A stretch of DNA of 64,000 bases, taken from the NCBI GenBank assembly GCA_965113315.1, contig OZ220364.1; one strand, 5' to 3'. The stretch is from Podarcis vaucheri. Taxonomy: Eukaryota. Positions 1-13,300 of this stretch are shown in pieces. A program made the position numbers and the translations under genes. The notes below the pieces were generated by a model. The model was not told the DNA's origin. It worked only from the letters and a program-made list of their open reading frames with translations, and made no database searches. How positions within the stretch are numbered: the stretch's first letter is position 1; each line of letters starts with the position of its first letter.

Positions 1-3000
1 GGACAAACATACGCTTAGATGATCGCATCTTTACCATGTGTCAAGTGAAGAACCAACCTTTAGTGTACCTCATGCTTATGATGCATCCTAATTTATACCG
101 AATTGACAATCTCACAGACGAGGTATGATCATTTTTCTCTAAATTGTGCCTGTAAACACCACCTCTTAGGCCCGATAAGGTTTTGCCATGATTAAGGTTA
201 ATCATAGGTAAAGGTAAAGGGACCCCTGACCGTTAGGTCCAGTCGCGGACGACTGGGGTTGCGGTGCTCATCTCGCTTTATTGGCCGAGGGAGCCGGCGT
301 ACAGCTTCCAGGTCATGTGGCCAGCATGACTAAGCCGCTTCTGGCGAACCAGAGCAGCGCAAGGAAACGCCGTTTACCTTCCCGCCGGAGCGGTACCTAT
401 TTATCTACTTGCACTTTGATGTGCTTTTGAACTGCTAGGTTGGCAGGAGCAGGGACCAAGCAATGGGAGCTCACCCCGTCGCGGTGATTAGAACCGCCAA
501 CCTTCTGATCGGCAAGCCCTAGGTTCTGTGGTTTCACCCACAGTGCCACCCGCGTCCCTTAAGGTTAATCATACTGAAGTGTAAAATGCAGTTGGAATAT
601 ACGGGTCGGTACATTGTGCCTTTTTACACAATAAAGGCCTTTATTCCTATTGTTAATCACAATCTGACCTGTAGCCTCTTCATATCTTATCAATTATATG
701 CATATTTCTTTAGGGAGCCCTCAACGTCAATGACAAAACAATACCTCAGCCTCCCATTCTCCAGCTGTCTGTGGAAAAGATAAATAGAGATGGTGCCTAC
801 CTTATGGATGCTGGCTCTGTAAGTTACATTCTGCTAATATTCGTATTGTGTGCAAAATGTGGCTCATTCTCTTTGAAGCTTCATAGCTGTCATTTGCCAG
901 AAAGTGTATGAGAGGAGTAAAATGCACAGAGTAATGTTTTCTGGTTATCCATGTCTGTCTTTACAGGTGATGTTTTTGTGGGTTGGAAAGAATTGTGGAC
1001 AGAACTTTATCAGCCGTGTCCTTGGAGTTCAACACTATGCATCAATACCACACAATATGGTAAGAATGTGTAGGCAACTCCCAACTCGCAAAACTGTGCA
1101 CAAGGGTGCACAGTGCCGAAAGGGTGCAGGGGTCAGAACAGGGTCAGAATGGACTTCTGCGCATCCCAGAATGGAACCCCCACGTAAGTGAGGATTCCTC
1201 TGTAATTCAGAAGAACTTCTGGCTCCTTAGAACTACATAAAAAAGTTAAGCTACACAATTAAAATTCCTGCTGTGCAAACTATTGTATTTTTAAGGATTG
1301 GCTTACAGGCAGCTCACTTTACCTGTTCTAATCTTTAGATATCCCTCACAAGTGTCTGAATTTATGGGCAGCATTCAGTGAAATAGTTGCATTAGTGCAG
1401 AGGGATGTCTTTCCTCCAGATTGGCTCCAGAGAGTTGAGAAAGCCCCCAGAGCAGATTTAAGAGTTGTGCAGGCAGAGGAGAAGGGGAGATGGTTCCATT
1501 GCATGAGAAGAAACCCTTACACTTATAGAATGATCCGCTTAACACAATGTTGAATACACCCTGTATTTCCTTATTTAGGGGAACAAAAATGTTTCCTCAA
1601 AGATTTTCCACTATGTAGGCCTGAGGGTAGGGAATCTCCAGACTCTGTGATTTGTCATCATTTTTAAGGCTGTTTGCAAGTGGATGGTACAGAACTTGCT
1701 TGCATAGGGACTTTAGAGACAATGGTGTCAGGTGATTGAGGGATCCACTTCCAGTCCTGAAGGAGACATTTGGGATAGGATCCAGTGGAGTGCAAGCAGG
1801 TGTGCACTGCAGCTTTCCCCTCTCCTCCTGTCCCGTGCACCCCAAAACTTGCGCTGGAGAGTTGGAGGAGCTTCCAGAGCGTTGGGGTGGGGGTGGGAAT
1901 CCTGTTACACAAGCGAATTTCTATTGCACATGCAAGTGAACCCCATTGAACGCCTCTTTGTTTAGGTATACACATTGTTCACTACAAATTAGCTAGGAGC
2001 TGAAGATAAAGGAACAGTGCAGAGAGCGAATCCTACTGCTGACTAAATCTTTTAAGTTTCAGAAGGGCTGCTCTTGCACCATGGTTGATTGATAGTGGGT
2101 TGCTGACAGACTGCTAATGGCATTTTGCACAACGCAGGTTTACTTGAGCAGCAGTGCCTGAAAAAATGCAGTGGGGACAGTTTTTGTCTTCTTCAAACAA
2201 ATGGGGGTTATGCATATTCTTGCAGGTGTCTGGGGGCCAATATCAACCTGAATAGATCTGAATATAAATAACCTGAGTACTTTAGATATTATTTTTGACT
2301 GGTATTCACAGTAGCTCTTTTTGTGACAGACACAACTTCCAGAACTTGATACGGCTGAGTCTTCTAGAATGCTTGCTTTTATCTCTTGGCTGAGGGAGCA
2401 AAGGCCCTTCTTTCCTATATTGTATATTTTAAGGTAAGTGGCATTTTTATATGAGAAGACTACATTAGCATACAGACCTGGTAGCCGTGCAGCTTGCTGC
2501 TCACCTGGGACAGGTAGCAACTGGCTCTCTGTGAACAGCTTAGTTACAAACTTCCTCTGTTGCATGCCCCCCGCCTATTAAAAAGAGGAACATTCTCTGC
2601 CTGCTTGCTTCTGGCAGAGATAGAGTGAGACCACATTCAACGAAAGTAAAAAGGGGTAGCAACACTGATATTTGGTGGCATATGGGGAGTGTTAAGGAAT
2701 GTACAAATGGAGGGATGCTCAGACCCTTAAGTAATTACCTGAAATGGCCAGTCTTGTGGCATGCATGGAATTCCCACACAAGCCAGTAGTTCCCTTCCAG
2801 TTCAATAGCAAGAACAGCTACAGGGCTGTCCCAGGTGCTGCCATGAATGAAGAACTATTTGCTTCCTCCGATCCATGTATGTATCAGAGTTTGTGCCCAT
2901 GCAAACAGCATGAGTATCTTTAATGCTGTAGATTCCCGGCATGTTAACAAAATAGATTTTGCTTTTATCAGACAATTCACATTGTAAATATTTTCTAGGA

Positions 3001-3171
3001 ATGAAGCATTAAAAAGTGTTGATGCTCATGAAATTCTGTTTGCTTTTATTTTTAAGGGATGAAAGTCCATGGAAACCAAGTTTCCTGCAAAATATGATAG
3101 AAGACAGAACAGAATCTGCATTATCGTACTATGAGTTCCTTTTGCATATTCAGCAGCAAGTGAATAAATGA
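1..3171 (+). CDS. SEC24A: SEC24A (COPII coat cargo adaptor), 3' part; coding exons <1-122, 714-818, 967-1059, 2330-2433, 3057-3171
   Basis: Spliced translation TNIRLDDRIFTMCQVKNQPLVYLMLMMHPNLYRIDNLTDE|GALNVNDKTIPQPPILQLSVEKINRDGAYLMDAGS|VMFLWVGKNCGQNFISRVLGVQHYASIPHNM|TQLPELDTAESSRMLAFISWLREQRPFFPILYILR|DESPWKPSFLQNMIEDRTESALSYYEFLLHIQQQVNK* matches the recalled SEC24A C-terminus; all introns GT-AG; synteny with CAMLG-DDX46. Confidence 0.96.
207..558 (-). mobile_element. Sauria SINE, full length
   Basis: tRNA-like head GGGACGCGGGTGGCACTGTGGG on the - strand, (ACCTTT)n tail, perfect 15-bp TSD TTAAGGTTAATCATA at 192-206 and 559-573. Confidence 0.93.
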
Positions 3172-6158
3172 GTCCCTTTTGAAGGACCGTTCCTGCATAC
3201 AGAACACTTGTGCTTGTAATGCTCCTATAAAGTTTTTGGCCTGATGCAGTTGATGAGAATCTCACTGTGATTTTCAGAAAGAAAGGAAAAACAAAGCAAA
3301 TAAAGGACCACCAAATCTTGTACTTCAAACAATTAAAATCCATTTGAACATGTTGGATGCCTTTTTAATTTGCTGCAGAATGTTTCACTGTAAGTAGCAT
3401 TATAAAGGCAACATTGAAGAGCTGAACCTTTATACAAGATTTTTTTTTGTTCAAAATACTAGGTTTCTAACTTTTTGTTTTGTTTTTCTGCTTTGTTTTG
3501 CTGCTATATTTCAAACCTCCCAAGACTGAGTTGCAGGGAAACTATATTGTCTTGATTTATACAATATGTATCACTAATTTTTTTAAAAAATACATTTTTA
3601 AAGTAGCAATGAAACAATTCGTGGTGAACAAAATATTTAATGAACTTAGTTTCTAATGCTTTTCAAAATGGATTATGATAAGCAAGGCAGAGTAAACGTG
3701 AAGGGATCTGGCTGGATTTAAATGAATATGAAACAATTCATTTAAAAAGCTTTAAGATGCACCAGTATTCTAGTATCTGAAAGAACCATGAACTTGCACT
3801 ATGTCCATTGAGAATTATAATCACATGGCCTGAATCGGCTACAAAAATGGTGACCATGGATTCTTGTCTTTGATAGTAACATGATGTGTGTAAGTCTTAA
3901 TTCATTAATTGAAAGTAAATAGGGGAACAGACTGTTCAACCAAAAGTCATGGATTGCATTTGATTAAATATAAAGTCACATTTTTATATTCAGTTAAGAT
4001 TTTTAATACGAGTGCTTAATGGTGACACTAAGCCATAATCATCACGTTAAAAACAGTGTTGAGTAACTTGTCTAAAATCCAGATGAGCATCTAACATGCT
4101 GCCATTTAAAATTGAAAAAATGCAGGGAAGAATTTTTGTGGCTACAATGGAAAAAAATTCAGAAATCCCACTTAATAGGCAAGAATCCCAAGTTCTGCAT
4201 AGTATAAGCAAGAATAATAAATGTTAGTTTTACTCATACCCAGGAAACTACTGTGAAATAAATCATGGCAAACAGCATTAGTGTTTTTATGTAGATTACC
4301 ACACAAGCAGCCAGCATTAGTATCATCCTTCATCCATGGTAGAACTTCAACTTGTAGCTGTCTTGGATTTCTATTTTCTCTCACACCTCTTCTCCTCTCC
4401 CAAGAAAAGTGGATCGGAAATATATTTCCATTGCACTTCTTCATTGGTGTTCCTTTTGTGGAATGATACTTTGCAGCCATTTTTTCAGACCGTTGCTTTT
4501 GTTCAGTTATAGAAGATAACTGAAATGTCCTCAGTGACGGGCATGGGTAAGCATTACATGCACAAAAAGCCACTAAAGTTCTCTAAAGAACTGTGGTGTT
4601 TATAAACCAGCATTTCGAATCGGAATACCAACTCTTATCTACTTCTAACAACGTTGTCTGCTAATCTATCCAGTGTGTCAGAGTGGTCTATAAAAAGTTG
4701 CTTATAGAATTGTTTACTTTCATGTCACAGGTGGGGGGGTGAATCTCCCTCTTCAAAAGGGATTAAAATACCTGTTGAAATCTGCAAAAGAGAAGTTCCT
4801 TATTGCTGGTGTCATTCTTTTTTTAAAGTGGTAATCCAGTTATGGAAGTTGCTATCGAGAATGATATGCACATTTTCAGCATGTGATCATAATGCAGTGC
4901 GTGCTTGTGAGTACTGGAAATCAAAACCTGAATATTATTATTTTGACCATAGTTCCATGGACTCTTCTAAACAAAAGTGTACAAAATATACCAAGAACAA
5001 TTTGTGCATAGATTGTGTGCTTAGATTATTTTTCTGGTTCAGGCACAGGTACTGTGCATGGATAACAAATGCATCCAGCACCCCTTGGGTGAATAACTGC
5101 TCCCTGTGCTGCACGCATAATATTTTGAACAGATAACTGGTGTCGCCAGGCTTGACTGCACTCCTTGGGGTGGTGGGAGCCCTTAATTGTAGCACCATGC
5201 CCAGCTATCTCCTGTGCACAAAAATACTTAGTTTGAAGAGTGTGTCATGGGGTGTGTGTATTTCAAATGTGGTTTCACTTCATGTAAGACAGGATGATAG
5301 GCCTTGACTGAACTAGCCTAACTGAGGGAGAAAATGATTTCAAGAATAAATCCCTAATCTCCACCTCTTTAACAAAAATAAAAAGGATGGTGAGCACATT
5401 ATACTGTCTGGATAGGAATGCTTTTTAGAATGTTCATACTCTTTTTTGCAATATTGAATTTTCTAATTTTCCTCATGATGGACAAAACTACATCTGCTTC
5501 AAGTTGTACTCCTTTTTTAATAATAGGGATTGCAGGGCAGACCCATGTGTAAAATTGCCTATGCTATACTTTTACTTACAACTGTCTCTTTTAAGATCTG
5601 TCACAACTTAACTAGGCAAGAATGGCCCTGATGCTTCCATCTTAGCATGGCAGTTCACAACAGATGTTCTCTATTTTTCTAGTTTTAAGATTTTTAAACA
5701 ATTTAGTATGATTGATGGATATGTTAAATTCAGTCAGCATCAAAACCATCCATTTTAATTAGCCTTTACATTTCTGTAATTTCATAATTTGCAATAATGA
5801 TGAGGTTTATTTTTATTCAAAATTAATTTAACAGAATATATAATCATACAGAATGTGAAGGGACCATCAAATGTGACATAAAGCTTCTGTCCACCAGTTA
5901 CAGATTAAATCCTTACGTAGTAAATTTGATTTTGTAAAGTAGTGTAAAATATTGTAATATTAATCCTTGTTTTCTGAACTCAGACATTGATATTCGGTGT
6001 GAAATTGTAAACCATGCTCTTCTGAAATTGGAGGCAAGGTTTTACTTGTTCCCCTTTTTACAGTTTGTAATTTTCACTGTTTTATTCCTGTATAAAGTCA
6101 TTTGTAACACATGCAAATGCTTATTTTAGCTGTGCTAATTTATCAAATTTGGCTACTC

Positions 6159-6164
6159 AATAAA
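6159..6164 (+). terminator. Probable SEC24A polyadenylation signal (3'UTR ~3 kb)
   Basis: AATAAA at the end of an AT-rich stretch with no recognisable repeats (3172-6160), preceded by several TGTA elements; repeats resume at 6311. Confidence 0.6.
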
Positions 6165-6310
6165 ATTAATTGAAAGAGCTCACACAGAACTTCATCAGTC
6201 CTTTTTACAAAGAGAAGTTGGACGCCACAGGAAACTTGGCAGTGTTAGTGCCATAGCCAGGCTTGAAGCCAGACTGGAATGGATCAAAGGAATCCGTTTC
6301 CTACCAAGTA

Positions 6311-6550
6311 CAGTGGTACCTCGGGTTAAGAACTTAATTCGTTCTGGAGGTCCGTTCTTAACCTGAAACTGTTCTTAACCTGAGGTACCACTTTAGCTAA
6401 TGGGGCCTCCCACTGCCATTGCACCACCACTGCACAATTTCTGTTCTCATCCTGAAGCAAAGTTCTTAACCTGAGGTACTGTTTCTGGGTTAGTGGAGTC
6501 TAACCTGAAGCGTCTATAAACTGAAGCATCTATAACCCGAGGTACCATTG
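6311..6550. mobile_element. Tc1/mariner (Tigger-like) MITE
   Basis: TIRs CAGTGGTACCTCGGGTTA...TAACCCGAGGTACCATTG, TA flanks; reverse orientation relative to the copies at 24331, 36232 and 51092. Confidence 0.88.
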
Positions 6551-7112
6551 TATGCCTGAAGCTGGACTTCCATCACCTTCCTGGCCACCTTGCCCCAAAA
6601 GGAAATATTCACCATTGTGCAATAGATTAACACTTCTGGGTCCAAGTAGGTTTTCTTGAGGAGATGCATCACTGCCTCATCTATGACAGATGGTACTCCT
6701 CACTCTCTATTGAAGAATTATCACTACTTGAACCCACCTAATCAACTCCCTGCAGCTAGCTCTAAGAATCCAGAATCAGCAAGGGACAATGAGACCTGTG
6801 GTCAGCTACACTTCTCTAAGCAGCTTGCCCACACCCTTAGGTTGCAATAATCTAAACTGATCCAGTGCTCCAGATGCCTTTGTTGGACTTAGTGTACCCA
6901 TGAGGATACTGCCTACCACCCTATTCACAAGTTACAAGTAGAGAGTCATTAGTGCACAAAAAGGAGCTTAAAAGCAAGTGTCTTCATTATATAACACACA
7001 GACACCAGGAAAAACTAAAAGTTTGTATAGGGGGTGGTACGGGCATTGGCACAACACTTACTTAGAAGGAGGGGAGGAATGAAGGACAAAAAAATTGGCA
7101 AGTAAAAGCATA

Positions 7113-7281
7113 CCGTATTTTTCGCTCTATAACACGCACCCGACCATAACACGCACGTAGTTTCTAGAGGAGGAAAATCCGTAGGCATGCCACCCGTAGG
7201 CATTTCCTCCATAACACGCACAGACATTTCCCCTTACTTTTTAGGAGGAAAAAAGTGAGTGTTATGGTGCAAAAAATACGG
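7113..7281. mobile_element. Tc1/mariner (Tc2-like) MITE
   Basis: TIRs CCGTATTTTT...AAAAATACGG flanked by TA; internal ATAACACGCAC repeated three times. Confidence 0.82.
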
Positions 7282-8385
7282 TAATTGCTTCATATGTTGT
7301 ACAAATATTAATGCTGTAATCCTCTGCTTGCTTATTTGGATTACAGCCACAGAATATAATGTAAACATGCATAAGATTTGGGGGTGCATGAATCTGACAA
7401 AATCTCAGGAAAGAGCATTTGCAATGGCAAGGTATATTTCACCAAAACTTTAAAAACAACCAGAAACTATCAGGTATATATGACCCCCACAAAAAGACAC
7501 GTCATGACATCCTTGGCACCCATTTGATGCCTATAATTAATGTATAACGACTCTACTGCTGTCTTTTGTTTAATTGAAAAGCATAGGTTTAATGCAATTC
7601 ATGAATATTATCCTCTAGCTGTAAGGATTTCTATATTTAGGAAACAACCAGTCTATAATAGCATAGCAGGATGCGACACCATTCCTTACTTGTGAAACCA
7701 TAGAAGTGTGAGTAGAAGACTTGGGTGTTTATGCAGAGATTGCTGGTGGGGGTGCTGAGTGCAGCAAACAAAAACAACCCCTAATTGGTTTTGAGGATCT
7801 AGAGAGCAGTGGAAAGAAAGTAGAATGGGAACACATGGAATTAAATGGAAGGTGCCTGAGTATGTCTTTTTGTGTTATCTTTGGAACACATTAACACAAT
7901 GACACAGTCGCTTTCTCAAATTACTTGACAAGGCTTTAGAACTTCTAAAATCACCCTTCAAGAATTCCAGTAAGAATGGTGCAGTCCCTTTTATATTCAG
8001 ACAAAAATATGGTGATCTCTAAATCAAAATATTGCAATTACAAAGGTGTGACAAAACAAATTTAAGCCACAGAAGTGGTGTCTAAGTGTGACATGTTTTA
8101 TTGCAACAGTAGGGTTTTGAAATGGGCACTAATATTTTAACTTCTAAGTTATTAGCTGGACCAAATGATCTCACCTGCTAGACTTTTTTCTTTTATCCAT
8201 ATGACGACACTGTCTGTAAATGACTTCACGGTTGTAGTTAAGTGTTCCTGTAAATGTGTATGTGCTAGTCTTTTTGTAAGCAGAGGGAATTCATGGTTCT
8301 GCCTGAGGAGGGAGAATATGAACCATAGAAAAATATTTCTCCTAACAGTACTAGGAAGACTGATGCTGTAGTAAGTTTACTAGTA

Positions 8386-8582
8386 CAGTGGTACCTCGGT
8401 TTACGCACTTAATCTGTTCCAGAAGTCCGTTCTTAAACCAAGGCGTGCTTTCCCTAATGAGGTCCTTCCACTGTTCTTAGAGTGAGGTAAAGTTCGCAAA
8501 CCGGGACACTACTTCTGGTTTTGCGGAGTTCATAAACTGAATAGTTCATAAACAGGGCTGTTCTTAAACCGAGGTACGGCTG
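8386..8582. mobile_element. Tigger-like MITE, related subfamily
   Basis: TA-CAGTGGTACCTCGGTTTA ... TAAACCGAGGTACGGCTG-TA. Confidence 0.82.
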
Positions 8583-8584
8583 TA

Positions 8585-8763
8585 TAGAATTGTAGAGTTG
8601 GAAGGGACACAAAGGGTCATTGAGTCCAGCTCCCTGCAATGCAGGAATCACTGCTAAAGAATTCCTGACAGTTGGCCATCCAACCTGCTTACTACATTTG
8701 AGGTTTTGGTCTACCACCTTCCCAGGTAGTCTGTTCCACTGTCAAATAGCTCTTACCATCAGA
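8585..8763 (-). mobile_element. CR1 LINE 3' end fragment
   Basis: Reverse complement of the CR1-type tail (TTCCAACTCTACAATTCTA) plus upstream CTGTTCCACTGTC..AGCTCTTAC segment. Confidence 0.7.
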
Positions 8764-9499
8764 GCACTTTGTCTATTTGCAAAACAGCTCTTAGGTTTGG
8801 AACTTCAAGCAAGATGACAGAAAGCATGGTTTAATTCTAACAGTGTCATTTTTAACACTCCATAGCAAGGAACACTTTATTATATTTTAACTGCTCATGT
8901 TTATGATTTCACATGCCAAATTCTGGCGGGTCTACTTCGGATTTTGTTAGGGTTGTGAAAGAGTAAAGAGATTAATGTATATTTTGTAATTTTGTGCATG
9001 TGGAATATATTTGTATGCACTGCATAGCTGAGTCAGTTTACACTTTGAGCCTTGGAACAATCTTAGATTCCTTAACTAAATACAGCTCTTCCTGCTTTTA
9101 TCTTGCAGAAGTCCCCCAGACACATCCAGGTGTTTTTAGACACCCATGATAGAAGAGGGAGATAAAACCTTGTATGTGTGTACTTACTGCTCTGTTTAAT
9201 ATATGTTTCCATAAAAGACCACAAGGTGCACGTTGCTCAAAATTTCTTAAAAGGGAATATTAGTTTTAAAGGAGCAAAATGGGTGCCTGATGATTTTTCT
9301 TTAAAGAAAACAAAGGCTGTTTAAAAAACGAAAAAAAAATAAACACTAAAATTTGTGTTTCAATGAGAAAGGCAAAATTAAAAATCGATATACAATAGAT
9401 GTTGGCAGTTGTTCGTTCATAAATCGAGATCAGGCTGGGCTAATAAATGTTAACTCCAAAAATAAATCCGATTGTGGACCTCCGGTGCTTACTCCCAAG

Positions 9500-10330
9500 T
9501 GCATAGGATTTGCAGACTACATTTCCTCGAGTAACTGTCGTATTTTTCTGTGTCACTCCCCCAAATACATTTGTAGAGTCAGGTTTGAAGATGCCACCAT
9601 CTCCTGCATTAGGACAAATGCTACAGCGTGGAGCGATTGTGACACCCACCCACCCTTTGCTGTATGAGGTCATTGCATACTCCTCATCCCCGCCCCGGCG
9701 CTATCAATGCCTGTCCCTCCAGCGCGCATGCGCAAGCACTTCTTCGCGAGGCTGCTTTCGCCATCTTTGCGAAGGGCGCCATCCTCCAGCGAAAACAGCC
9801 TCAGGTTACGAGCCCGTCGAGGGGGTTTGCCGTAAGCTCTCGCGGTTACAAGTAAAAGCCTGTCCCCACAACCCGCATCCAAGATGGCGCCGCTCGTCCC
9901 ACCGGTTGGAGGCGGTACCTAAAATGGCGGCGCCGGCGGCGCATGCGCGTTAGCGAAGGGTTGTCAGAGCGGGGCCTGGCCGTTCCCCATTGTGTGCCTG
10001 CTGCGGAGAGGAAGCTCGAGGGCTTTTCGCTGCCGCCGCCGCCGCCGCCTCGGTGCTGCTAGGGATGGAAACGGAGCCTCTGGAAGGAGACGGCGGCGGC
10101 CATGAGGGGCCTAAGACGACTTCGGCCACGGCCCCCGGACTCACGGCCTCTCAGCGCCGGGCCGAGATTCGCCGGAGGAAACTGCTGATGAACTCGGAGG
10201 ATCGGATCAACCGGATCATGGGCTTCCACCGGCCAAAGGCGGGTGAGGACGGGGCGTGGCTTGGGGGGGCGGTTTTTGACTGCGCTGGGCATCCCCTGCC
10301 TTGCCCGGGCGCTTATGAACGACCTCCTTC
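9500..10330 (+). promoter_or_regulatory. CAMLG CpG-island promoter
   Basis: CpG-dense; NRF1 motifs GCGCATGCGC at 9724 and 9939; YY1 motifs AAGATGGCG 9881, AAAATGGCGG 9921, reverse CGCCATCTT 9759; ZNF143-like GACTACATTTCC 9515; (GCC)6 at 10032-10049. Confidence 0.85.
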
Positions 10331-13300
10331 CTTCCTTGTCGGGGGTGGGAGCTCAACACGCGCCCCTCTTTCCTCGTCAAGTCCTCCTCTCCTTCCCGAA
10401 CAATGGGTTAACATAGTCCGTATATTAACAAGCTAATCTGATAGCTCAAAATGACGCTGCCCCTCCTCCCCGAGCGGTATCTCGCAATCGTCTTATTTGA
10501 GGCGCTCCCCCCCCTTTACCTTTTCAGTAAAGGTGCTTTGTTTGAAGATAAATCAAGTTCTTTCATGCGATCCAAGGATGGCTGTTTCAGCATTGAAAAT
10601 GGTCACACCTGCCTCTACGTCCTTTGGGAAGAACAGATCATGCACAATTTATAAACTAAAGTGTGTTTCGTTCAGGATTTGTGCTTCCATTTGCAATGGA
10701 GAATGCTGAACGCTCTTATATTTGACGCGAAAGTGCCAACAAACCACGCTGAATCATTTCAATACTTATTACTGAATGAAATCAATTTTTTTTTCATAAT
10801 TCTATTCTCTGAATCGTTTTTATCCCACCTGTTGCTTATTTATTCACTCAATGTATTAGTTTTTTGGGATGACATATGGGTTTAAAACAGCTATTACCAC
10901 CAAGAAGCCCTGGGTGGGTGTATCCTTGCAATAAGCTTGCGTCTGACTGCGCAAGAGCTTTATGTGAGAGAACTTTGAGAGTACAGGAATTTGAATCTTT
11001 CTACTCCTTTAACCCTAACCAGTATAACACGCTGACTGGTCTCTTTCCTGTTATTTATCATTTAGATAATGTTTCCAGTTCACAATATAACTTGTAACAC
11101 TTGTTTGCCTTGTGTTGCCATTTTTAAATGTGGAACTGAGACCATGGTGATTTGCCTACTGCTTGCATAATGAATCTTTGTCATGTTCCTTGATTTCCTA
11201 TTGAATATGTAGATAGTTTTTTTAATGTGCTGTGCTTCTGGCTGCATTTAAAAGCAGAGAATGTAACTTAACACTTATGTGGGGAAGCTGTACAGTAGCT
11301 CCTGCTTTTAGTACTTTTTAGTCAAGAAGAGGAGGAAGAGAGTTGTGGAAATCATTAGAGCTTGCAGGTGTTTACGTGCTTTGATTCTTTCTGTGTCCTT
11401 ACAGTACTCTTTAATATTTTCAGAGCTGAGATTCCACAGTATGTATTGGTGCCATTCTCTTCCTTCTAGTGTGTTTGAAATATTGGAGATTGAAATCGTT
11501 TCTTTCTAGTTTAAGGGTGCTAGTAATCCTCTGAAGAAAGATGACAACTTGAAGCACTTAAGAGTCCCTGAACCAGGTGTTGCTAAAGCTTTTTTGTCCC
11601 ATGGGTCACATTCAGTATTGGCCAAACCTCTAGAGGCTGCAGGTCAGCACTGGATGTGACCACCGCATACCCTCACTCATGCACACTTGCATGTGTATAC
11701 TTTGCCCTCAACTCTTGGTCATCAAAGTATTGGTCTGAAGTCCAGGGAGAGGGTGATTTTCATCCCCATCAGGTTTACAGCTTTCTATCATTGTAGCACC
11801 ATTACCAGTAATTTTTTTCTAGAAAAAGAGTTGCAGGAACACCCACTTTTTTTTTAGTTGAGCTTTTTTTAGGGGAAACCAAAGCTGGCCTGGGGGGCAG
11901 CCACCCCTGTGCTAAATGAGGGTTTAGCACTGCTTCCTCCCCACAAACATGCCCTCCTTCCTTCTCTTCTTCCTGGCCAACACTGAGGGGAACAGATGCT
12001 TCATTTTAGATTAAACCGTTTAGTTTGCTGTCCAAACCCTGAACTATGGCTAATCTTAACTATCGTTAACTATATTAACACACTGAGCTTGGATGACATG
12101 AGAAGCTGTGACTAATAAAAAATGGAAAGCTCTGGGAGAGGTTGGGTGAAAGCATGTGAGCGTGGGAGAAAGATAGACTTGCTTTCGCAACGCTAAACTG
12201 TGGGTTAGTGTTCTGTCCAAACTAACCCATTATGGTCAGCTTTCTCCTTGGCAGGCTTTGTGACTTTTCATATGTATAAAGCAGTTTTGGAAAGCCTATA
12301 GAATGGTGTTTTTAATTATTCTGTCACAGTTCTTGGAAAAAATTGGCATGAAATGCTTACACTTTTAAAAGATTAAAGATCGCATTTCTGGTTTGTACTT
12401 TTCTTCTTCCTTCTACAAATCCTTCTTGGTATGACTTGTTTCTCTCCAAACCACTGTTATATGCAAAATGAGTTATTTAAAGAGCTTTGGCAAAAAGTCT
12501 CTCTGCAATCAATCTATTTGACTCGGGGGAAAAATATGTGTGGAAAATTTATTATTTGGTTATTTGGCCTCGATAAACTACTGTAATTGGAATGGAACCA
12601 GAGGAAAGCACATGGAATGGAGTTGGTAGAAGTAACCACTCTAGCTTCATGAAAATCTGCTCTTGAGGATTAGGGAATACTTTTGGTTGGAGTGGGCTGT
12701 AGTGCAGGGGGATGAAGGTGGGAGAGGGGATCCCCCAAATTAGGTGGAGACATGAGCTCTGATTGTGAAAGTTGGCTTCTATCTGACTTTTAAAAAAATT
12801 CTCCTGCTGCCCACATAGTATGAAAATTAAACCAGCAATAAAACACAAGCAGTGCAATCCTTTTTAAAATTACCACTGAACGACAAGTCCTTGTGTTTCT
12901 TTCAAAAGCCAGCAAGTAACTTGTCCTGTGTCCTTTTGAAGGGAGCTGTTTTGTAGGCTGAGGTCTGCAAGGGAAAGGGCACCAACTCTTAGTATCTGTT
13001 TGAAATGGTATTATGCTTCATTTTTATTTATTTAATAAAATCATGCCCTTCCCTTTGCCCTATGACTCTCCAGGACAGGTTACTGCAATAAAACACATAA
13101 AGCAACCAGTACTTCAAACTCATAAAACAATCAGTATAAATAACTAAAGCCTTGGCTATCTGTCAGTGTATCACTGCACAGACCACTTCCTTAATGCGCA
13201 AAGACATGAAAGAAACAGCAGGTATTTAGCTGGGGCAGGAAGGGGGAGTGTTATTAGGCTCAATGTGAAAAGTATATGCCATTCTTGTTTGACCCCTGTT

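Noticed and set aside
9990-10436. 148-aa ORF as a single-exon gene or N-terminally extended CAMLG
   Set aside because: It begins at a non-ATG codon; the real start is ATG 10065 and the ORF runs into intron 1 past the GT at 10243.
10920-10928. U12-type donor-like GTATCCTTG
   Set aside because: Not at an exon boundary; all CAMLG introns fit U2-type GT-AG.
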